Virus record (IMG/VR): IMGVR_UViG_3300038466_000012
Coordinates: 1-41,602 of that record
Length of the DNA stretch: 41,602 bases
Reading direction: 5' to 3' (one strand)
Origin: a virus
Both the position numbers and the translations under genes were made by a program. The stretch's first letter is position 1, and the number at the start of each line of letters is the position of its first letter. The notes beneath the pieces were generated by a model. It did no database searches. It was given only the letters and a program-made list of their open reading frames with translations, and was not told where the DNA came from. Shown in pieces: positions 40,010 to 41,602 of the stretch.

Positions 40010-40425
40010 AAAAGCCAACGCATGAACCGCCGTCATTGCTCGCCGTTATTCGCCGACCATTGCCGGATAGGATGCTGCACCCGAACGGGTCTAAGCGTCC
40101 AGCCGCCAAAGTCCGGAGATTGCAGCGCGAATACAAGGACAGCACGTACTACGCGACTCGAGAGTTGAATATCGTCGGCGATAAAACCGCGACGTATGAT
40201 GTTCTGTTGAAATTCTTTTTGACGCCCAGGGCCGCAGCACAAAAGCCGGACAGGGATAACCTGATCGCCTGGATGAAATGGGGCCTCGACGGAGTGGCGA
40301 TGGGCTTGGGGATTGACGATAATCAATTCCGCACACCTGAGGTGTGGGTGAATGTTGATCGCGATTACCCGCGTGTGGAGGTTCTGGTGGCGCTTGGTGA
40401 TTTCAGTCTGTGGCCGAGGGAGTAG
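40006..40425 (+). CDS. rusA: RusA-like Holliday junction resolvase
   Basis: GTGA-overlap start. It carries KPDRDNLIAWMKWGLDGV..GIDDNQF, matching the RusA acidic motifs. Confidence 0.7.
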   Translation: MKKPTHEPPSLLAVIRRPLPDRMLHPNGSKRPAAKVRRLQREYKDSTYYATRELNIVGDKTATYDVLLKFFLTPRAAAQKPDRDNLIAWMKWGLDGVAMGLGIDDNQFRTPEVWVNVDRDYPRVEVLVALGDFSLWPRE

Positions 40426-40863
40426 ATGATGAAAATGTTGATTAAAAGGACGTTGGGAATTGTCTGTTTTATTGGTGCGTGGTTCTTCACTGTATGGGTC
40501 TGGTCATCGATTATTTTCCCGCCGGCCCAGCGCTCCTGCTTCGCCGAGCCGCACCAGTGGCAATACATCCCCGACAGCAATAAGGTCTCGTACTCGATGG
40601 CGCAGCGGTTCGTGATGCTCTATTCCCAAAAGGCCCCGTCGGGGATTGTCACTGTCGATACCGTGCTGTACATCCTCGAATTTGATTTCGACGTGGCAAC
40701 GCTGGACACAGATAAATATCCAAACTACGCGACCGGGAAAAACGATTATCGGCCGCCGGAGTTATTTATCAAGCCGCTGGATTTGCGCATGAGTCAAGGG
40801 CTGATCGTCAACCGCTCACAAAAATCATGGCTGGAGGAACGTAATGAAACGACAGACAAATGA
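40426..40863 (+). CDS. Membrane-anchored hypothetical protein
   Basis: 145 aa with N-terminal TM LGIVCFIGAWFFTVWVWSSIIF. RBS GAGGGAG. Confidence 0.55.
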   Translation: MMKMLIKRTLGIVCFIGAWFFTVWVWSSIIFPPAQRSCFAEPHQWQYIPDSNKVSYSMAQRFVMLYSQKAPSGIVTVDTVLYILEFDFDVATLDTDKYPNYATGKNDYRPPELFIKPLDLRMSQGLIVNRSQKSWLEERNETTDK

Positions 40864-41041
40864 AATCATTTTCGTCAAGGAGACCGCGGGCGAACTACAG
40901 GCCAACGGCGCAATCATGGATCACGTCGGCGAGGAACCGGTCATCCTCCACGTCTATCGCTTTGTGCGGACGATCACGGTCAACCCGGTGAACAATGGGA
41001 CCGGCGAAAAAGCACTTGACAACCCCACCGGCGCGGCGTAG
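40844..41041 (+). CDS. Hypothetical protein
   Basis: 65 aa, RBS GGAGG. Confidence 0.5.
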   Translation: MKRQTNEIIFVKETAGELQANGAIMDHVGEEPVILHVYRFVRTITVNPVNNGTGEKALDNPTGAA

Positions 41042-41044
41042 AGT
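41016..41044 (+). promoter_or_regulatory. Sigma70-like promoter directing transcription into the initiator gene/origin
   Basis: TTGACA (41016-41021), 17-nt spacer, TAGAGT (41039-41044). A ~120-nt leader precedes ATG 41169. Confidence 0.5.
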
Positions 41045-41168
41045 GCGGGCGTCAGTGGCGGTCGTATGAATACGGAACTTGACATAAAACCCTGGCCCTG
41101 GCGGGAGCTTGCCCTTACGGCCGACTCACTGACACCGCCGGGCGCCGGGGGTTATTTTGGGCTTGACG

Positions 41169-41602
41169 ATGAAGCCGAATAGTGGATACATCAGGATAAA
41201 GGTCGAGGAAGTGTTGTTGCCGATCTTCGCTAAGGGATTGCTCAACCATCGTGAGCAGCGGGTTGTCTGGGCTGTAATTGCCGATTCATGGCGGTGGTCG
41301 GGCCAGCAGTATACTCAGAGGCCGATTACGTTGGGGCGTATTAGTGAGGCGACCGGGATTAACCGGTCCGACATTTCTCGGACATGGCGCGGCCTAATCG
41401 AGAGAAAGATTGTCATATTAGACGACAGAAATTGCGCCTCTTTTAACGAACATTATGAGCAATGGACTGTTGGCGAATCACCAACACCCACTGTTGGCGA
41501 ATCACCAACACCCACTGTTGGCGAATCACCAACACCCTGTTGGCGAATCACCAACACCCTGTTGGCGAATCACCAACACCCTGTTGGCGAATCACCAACA
41601 CC
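41169..41602 (+). CDS. Replication initiator, lambda O-like, N-terminal winged-helix part (open at window end; continues at nt 1)
   Basis: ..YIRIKVEEVLLPIFAKGLLNHREQRVVWAVIADSWRWSGQQYTQRPITLGRISEATGINRSDISRTWRGLIERKIVI.. parallels the lambda O N-domain (..KRQFKVLLAILRKTYGWNKPMDRITDSQLSEIT..). The frame stays open through the repeats to nt 41602. Confidence 0.75.
   Translation, partial: MKPNSGYIRIKVEEVLLPIFAKGLLNHREQRVVWAVIADSWRWSGQQYTQRPITLGRISEATGINRSDISRTWRGLIERKIVILDDRNCASFNEHYEQWTVGESPTPTVGESPTPTVGESPTPCWRITNTLLANHQHPVGESPT
41468..41602. repeat. Iteron array, 6 copies of the same 22-bp unit with variable spacing
   Basis: Units at 41468-89 and 41492-513 are each followed by CA (24-bp spacing). 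By my reading, 41516-36 lacks one G (21 bp). Units at 41537-58, 41559-80 and 41581-602 are perfect. Confidence 0.9.

Larger units (their letters stand above)
1..41602 (+). mobile_element. Complete or near-complete tailed dsDNA phage genome (siphovirus-type gene order), linearised inside its origin repeats
   Basis: All modules lie on the + strand in one run: replication, packaging, head, neck, tail, fibre region, lysis, early genes. nt 1-66 are identical to nt 41537-41602, and one gene runs across the window ends. Confidence 0.85.

Noticed and set aside
41079-41084. Second TTGACA hexamer in the initiator leader as a promoter
   Set aside because: No acceptable -10 hexamer lies 16-18 nt downstream (the sequence there is CGGGAG).
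41468-41602. 22-bp repeats as a CRISPR array or transposon terminal repeats
   Set aside because: The units are contiguous, with 0-2 nt between them, so there are no spacers. They are direct rather than inverted at the two window ends, and they lie inside an initiator ORF. Iterons or an assembly overlap explain them.

Overview
The window reads as one complete or near-complete tailed dsDNA phage genome of about 41.5 kb, with every credible gene on the + strand. It is linearised inside its own replication origin. A 22-bp tandem repeat (CTGTTGGCGAATCACCAACACC) sits at both ends, the first 66 nt equal the last 66 nt, and a lambda-O-like initiator gene starts at 41169 and continues at position 1. 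Gene order from the origin: O-like initiator with iterons and AT-rich 12-mers; small unknown genes; ParB-domain DNA methyltransferase; terS; GpA-type terL; portal fused to a MuF/SPP1-gp7 domain; strong terminator; prohead protease fused to scaffold and HK97-type capsid; five small head-region proteins, at least two of them paralogous; connector and neck genes; tail tube; G/GT chaperones with an in-frame GGGAAAC -1 slippery site; tape measure; Dit- and Tal-like proteins. Seven consecutive genes then encode products that begin with an export or anchor segment, including a 1691-aa repeat-rich protein with a CE4-deacetylase-like core. The lysis operon follows: M15 endolysin, 2-TM holin, exported beta-rich protein, small TM protein and a patatin-like phospholipase. 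After a strong terminator comes an early promoter and an early region with AbrB-like, wHTH and RHH regulators, a Sak4/AAA_24-like ATPase, many small Zn-ribbon proteins, Gp37/Gp68 (DUF5131) and RusA. I found no integrase, tRNA, CRISPR array or reverse transcriptase. The most unusual items are the patatin-terminated lysis operon without a recognisable spanin pair, and the block of Sec-signal proteins where tail fibres are expected. All functional calls rest on motifs read by eye from the ORF translations; no searches were run.
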